A stretch of DNA of 64,000 bases from Paraspadella gotoi (taxonomy: Eukaryota; Animalia; Chaetognatha), in contig CM119270.1 in the NCBI GenBank assembly GCA_051294375.1, forward strand, positions 16,799,904-16,863,903. Reading direction: 5' to 3'. The position numbers were made by a program, and so were the translations under genes. The first letter of the stretch is position 1, and each line of letters begins with the position of its first letter. The notes beneath the pieces are model-generated. The model worked only from the letters and a program-made list of their open reading frames with translations. It was not told where the DNA came from and ran no database searches. Below are positions 58,404 to 64,000 of this stretch, in pieces.

Positions 58404-58668
58404 GATTTAGTGATTGGACATCTTTTCCGAAACCACCCCATTTCATTTCAAATTAGGTTAGGGATTTAGTTATTGGACATCTTTTCCGAAACCACCCCAT
58501 TTCATTTCAAATTAGGTTAGGGATTTAGTTATTAGACATCTTTTCCGAAACCACCCCATTTCATTTCAAATTAGGTTAGGGATTTAGTTATTGGACATCT
58601 TTTCCGAAACCAAACCATTTCATTTCAAATTAGGTTAGGGATTTGGTTATGAATTAGGGTTAGGGATT
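58404..58668. repeat. 59-bp tandem repeat, four units, containing TTAGGTTAGGG and ending in TTAGGGTTAGGG
   Basis: Unit GATTTAGTTATTGGACATCTTTTCCGAAACCACCCCATTTCATTTCAAATTAGGTTAGG. It is preceded by a 12-bp repeat GTCATTnnnGAT x4 at about 58296-58343. Confidence 0.9.
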
Positions 58669-59771
58669 GAATAAAGTATTTGGTGAAAGCTTACAGGTTT
58701 CGATCTTAGAGTTAAAAACAAATTCCTGGATTAAGAACAGAAATCGAGATACTTTTCGGAATATCGTGCTTAATTATTTTTTTCGGGAAGGATGAGGGAA
58801 TCAAGATGGATCTTTTAGAAACCGTAAAAAACTGAATCGTAACGTTATTTAGATATTATTAGAACAGACTTATAGTCTTATATATTATAATTTTATCGTA
58901 TTTTATTTTTAATGTACTAATTTCATAACAATTACTCTCCTTCGCAGCTCCTTGTATTATTCCTCCATCTAATACATACGTACTATAAAAATACTTTCAA
59001 TGCGATTTACCTAAAATTTTCGACCAAGCTGTTTGAGAGAGGGAGACAAGCGGTTTTGGGATCAACGTCTTCCGCCGTCACCGAGGCTGCCAAGCAAAAC
59101 CGTTTGACTCTCTCTCTCTCTCTCACTCTCACTCTCTCACTCTCACTCTGAGTGGAGGAGTCGGACTGACGCCAGCGATCGTCTTCACCTGGAAAAATGC
59201 CGCCGACCGACGGACCGACCCGGATGGACAAAAGTCATTCGTGCGAGAGAGGCGTCGACATTTTAGTGCTGGGGACAGGATGAAGATTTTGGAGTTGTTG
59301 ATAGTTATGATAGTTGTGATGATGATAGTGTTTTTAATGATCGTCATTTGATAAATAGTACGGGTTAAAATTATTACTGGTCGGGAAGTACTATGTAGTA
59401 TTCGAACATATGGATTATACGAGTTCAGGGTGTGTGTTAATGTGGGATTGTGTGAAACGGTTAGAGGAGGCGAAAGAAAGAGAGAGAGAGTGATAGAGAG
59501 CGAGGGAGAGAGAGAGAGAGAGNNNNNNNNNNNNNNNNNNNNNNNNNAGATAGAGAAAGAGAAGAGAGAGAGAGAGAGAAAGAGAGAAGAGAAGAAAGAG
59601 AAGAAAGAAGAGAGAGAGAGAGAGAGAGAGAGAGATGAGAAGAGAGAAGAGAGAGAGAGAGAGAGGATAAAAAATGAGGAGGGAGGAGGAGGAGGAGGAA
59701 AAGGATGGAAGAGGATTTTTTTGTTATAAGGAATCGTGGGACATATTCTTCTCTCTCTCTCGTCTTCTCTC

Positions 59772-59804
<33 letters not shown>

Positions 59805-59821
59805 TTCTGCTCTCTCTCTCT

Positions 59822-59857
<36 letters not shown>

Positions 59858-60343
59858 CGCTCTGTCGCTCTCTATTTTGGAAGTCATTGCCTGAGATGGA
59901 ATGAGAATTGAAGAGAATAGCGAAACTATTTTCTTTTATCTCTAATCTTTTTTTTATCGTTTATAATTTTTTTTCTTTTTTTTTCTCTAATCCTCTTCCT
60001 CTCTTCCCCTCTCACTTCCCTCTTCCCTCGCCTCCCCCTCTCTCGTGCACGATCTTTCCCTTTGCCCTTGTCCTTTCCCCAGACTTAAGGCGGTCAAAGT
60101 CAACGGAAGATCCACCCTTTTAAATAATTTTCAGGGAATCGAAATCCAGTACGCGAATGGTCTCCGTAGACTCGTGTAGCTGTTCTCCCATTTCCTTCCA
60201 GTGAGTGGCAAACCCGTTGGAATCGTTTATTATTCTCCGAAAAGAAACCTTTGTTTCAACTGTTTCGGTCATGTTCTTGCGGCCATCTTTTTTTTTTTAT
60301 TGTTTTGTTTTTTCCTTTTTTACTATTCTTCACTCGTCTCTAT

Positions 60344-60461
<118 letters not shown>

Positions 60462-60645
60462 GTTCTTCTCTTCTCTCTCTCTCGCTTCCTTTTTTCTTTC
60501 ATCTCTGACTCCGATGTCCTTTTGTCTTTTTAACTTTCATTGTCTCCCAGCTCGACCGCAAAAAAACGACGCTTCCCGGTCAGACGTTCTCGAGAGTTCT
60601 TCTGGCTCCTCGTGGTGAAAGAGAGAGAGAGAGGAGATGAGAGAG

Positions 60646-60680
<35 letters not shown>

Positions 60681-62267
60681 GAGAGTGGCAGAAGAAGAAC
60701 TGATGGTGTTAGCGCGAAATGGATGTGACAGAAGCTTGAGCAAGAAAAGGAAGTAGATAGAAAGTAGAGTAGGATAGGCGAGCGGCACATATGACGCGAA
60801 GAAAGATGACAGGAATAGGCGCGGTGAAGTGAAGAGAGAAGTATTGCAGAGAGCAATGGATATATTTTGGAGCTCGCGAGCATGACTCCTCATCAAGAGT
60901 ATCGATACGGAATTAATCTACAATGTTGTAAGCGGTCAAATACGGCTGTTGGCAGAGAGAGGAATGAAAAAAGAGAAAAGGGTATTAGGGTTATTATGAC
61001 GAGAGAGATCGAAAAGAGAAGAGGAAGAGAGCAGAGTCAGAGAGAGGACACCACGAGAAAAGGAGTTGAGATATATCGGATGAGAGAGACGTATGATTGC
61101 GCTGCAAGAGTTTTGCTAAAATGTCTCGGACAAGATATATGTATTTCCATTTTTTACAGTTGTACGAGAACACGACTCGTTAATCGCGATATAACGATAT
61201 TCTGATCGTCATAAAGCGGACTCACTTTCTTACTCTACGCCTAAATTTGAACACTGTAGTTCTGATCTCATCTCGCTCATCGCTCATCGCTACTATCTGT
61301 CTCATACGTACGCATCGCACTGTATCTGTCACCTGTACATCACTTCCTCTGATCATCACTCTCATATGTAACGGATGAAGTTAGAGTATTTCTCCTACTA
61401 TTGAACGCCGGACTATAACTCGCAGATCGAACTAACTCTTGGACCAGAAGACGCACGAAGAAAAACGCACCAAACCGCAGAGACTCTTCGTGAAACAGAT
61501 TATATAGAATGTTGTAGACGTCGTGGTTGTTGTTGGTGTTGTAGATTGTGTATTTTCGGGAAATATAGAAGTGAAATGGGGTTGGAAGGGTGGGAAATTT
61601 AGGGCGCGAAGAATTAAGTGTGCGCGTAGAGGGAGAATATTCAAGAATCGAGGGATTGGAAAGATGAAGAGGGGGTTTAGTTAGAGTTAATTAAAATCTA
61701 GAATTGGACAGCATAATGGGGATGAAGATAAAATATATGACGGAACTGAGAGATCGAAAAATTGAGACCAGAAGAAGACCTTATCACAACTCGTTTGTTT
61801 AAGAGTGTCTCGCTCAATATACCTAGAGAAATATGTCTCCTATTTAAAACAGATTATAATCAATTCGTTGATAATCCCTGCGAGTATGCGCCGAGCCGCG
61901 TTCTAATTAGGCGCTCCGAAGCCACGCCGACGAACGCATCTATGCGAGTACTTTGACGTGTGTTCGGAGAGCCTGATCTCGAGAGAAACCCTTATCTACG
62001 AAAGTACTAGAATTACAGCGTATGCAGCACACCGTCCCGGCTTCATATCAAGATATCGCTGCTCATTTTATACTGCAGCCAACTAACCGACATCACACAT
62101 GTCTAGCATATTTCCTCCTCAACTCGCAGCACAATCTCTATCGCTCCAAAATCAACTACTCGTCTCGCTCACCCAGAATCATACTATTTCTCTCTCTTCT
62201 TCTCTCTCTTCCTCTCTCTCTCTCTTCTCTCCTCTCTCTCTCTCTCCTCTCTCCTCTCTCTCAGTCA

Positions 62268-62302
<35 letters not shown>

Positions 62303-63307
62303 ACTCTCTCTGCTGCTCTCTCTCCTCTGCTCTCTCTCTCATCGAGCGACATCGAAATGAACATCATAACGCCTAAATCTTATTAATCCCAATTTTGAAC
62401 GCAAGACCCCAGATTATACAGAGAAAAAAAGGTTTCTCTCTTCGATTTGTGCGTGCCTCGACACGCGCCGCTCCAATCTCTCTCCTCCCTCGCCTCTCCA
62501 ATCCCATTTAAGTTGCACCTGCCTCTCGCTTTTCCCTCCTCCACCCCTGCCTTCGCATGCCCCTCCCACCTCGCCCCCCTCTCGACTCTCGTCGCTCTCT
62601 CCGCGCCGGATCGAGAATTACTGGGGAATTTGTTCGCTAACGGTCGGAGAAGCCTTCTGGATGGAGGCTAGTCTGATGAATGATGATGATGATGAATGAT
62701 GAATTGATGATGATGAATCGATGAATGATGAAATGATGATTTGATGAATGGTGATAGTGAATGATGATGATGGATGATGGTGATAATGATGATGGATGAT
62801 GATCGATGTATGATGATGATGATGGATTGATCGATAATTCTCCTACGATGATGTGGATGATGATATAATTGATGCACGATTGTCACGATTGCATATGAGA
62901 TGATGAATGACGCATGAATGATGATGATGAATGATGGGTGATGATAAAATTACTTTCTTTTATTGAGTCTGATTTATGACAAACGCTTAACATGTTAAAA
63001 CAATAGTTTCGCTTTTTCGCATTTTAACAAGCGCGACACAAATGGCGCTTTTATGTAAACCTTTGCTAATTTTACCGCATTCACTTTTTCGTATCGTTAT
63101 ATACTTTATAATTATATAAGTCAGAAAAGACGAAAGCATTAGAAGTCCTCGCATAATTCTTTAACTTAAAAAAACCGAAACGAGAATTTATCATAAATTG
63201 ATTCTGACGAAGACTTGATGACTACGCCTGTATTCACTCCATCGGAGCTCCAGTTTGGCCAAGAATCCATGACACTCTCTCTCTCTCTCTCTCCTCCTCT
63301 CTCCCTC

Positions 63308-63357
<50 letters not shown>

Positions 63358-64000
63358 CTCTATCTCTCCGTGATAATCTCCAATCTTCCAATTTTCGCCA
63401 AATTGTCACTCTCAACGGTTTCCCCTCGTAACACCCCCTCTCACTCTCTCTCTCTCTCTCTTTTTTTTGGTCGTCATCGTCATCATCGTAATTCGTCAAT
63501 CTTCGTCGTCATCTTCCGTCGTCATGGTCGTCGTCAATGGTCGTCATCTTCCACGCGACCGATGGAGTATGAAGGACTGCGAGACGACGACGAAGAACCG
63601 ACGAACGAAATAATTCAATGAAATCAATGAGACCCCCTCCTCCCCCCCTCTGCGATTTTGGAAATGAAAAATAAAATGAGGAAATGAGTAAAGGTCTTGA
63701 TTTAGCGGAGGAGAGGGACGGTGAGGTTGGGAGAGAATTACCGCTCCGATTATATATGTGTTTTATTCGTTTACAACAATTACGACTTGTAACAGTCATT
63801 CAAAAGGGCATACAGCATTAAGATAAACGCATAAATTGTACAGTTTTAGCAATTCAACAAAATATAAAATATTATAAATTACAGAACGAAAAAAGGAAAA
63901 AAAAATCAACAATAAGCTGACAAGATTTTAGAAATATTGTTTCTAGAGGAAAAAGCTTGATTCAAAAGTTTTTTGATCTACAAGCAAAAATTTTGTATAG

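Overview
AT-rich metazoan (invertebrate-like) genomic scaffold with GC-rich spliced exons, many microsatellites and about a dozen N-gaps. Genes I can support: a 17-exon SANBR/KIAA1841 orthologue (17467-24066, -); a two-exon Evi1/MECOM/PRDM16/hamlet-family zinc-finger repressor with a reduced finger set (43032-45655, -); a fragmented AT-rich XK-related membrane protein gene (about 32.7-37.1 kb, -); a small two-exon Ser/Arg-rich orphan gene (24686-25680, -); and an unidentified multi-exon coiled-coil gene present twice in a 5.5-kb inverted duplication. Mobile DNA includes a hAT-type MITE with an 8-bp TSD, truncated LINE copies, tRNA-derived SINE heads and DINE-1/HINE-like elements. The most unusual signals are three copies of a minimal Penelope-type hammerhead ribozyme, one intact and in sense orientation inside a SANBR intron, and an intronic minisatellite built from repeated copies of SANBR's own exon/5' splice-site junction. 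The large duplications abut exact 25-N gaps and contain noisy sequence, so they are probably assembly artefacts. All exon coordinates were read by eye and family assignments come from recalled motifs, not database searches.
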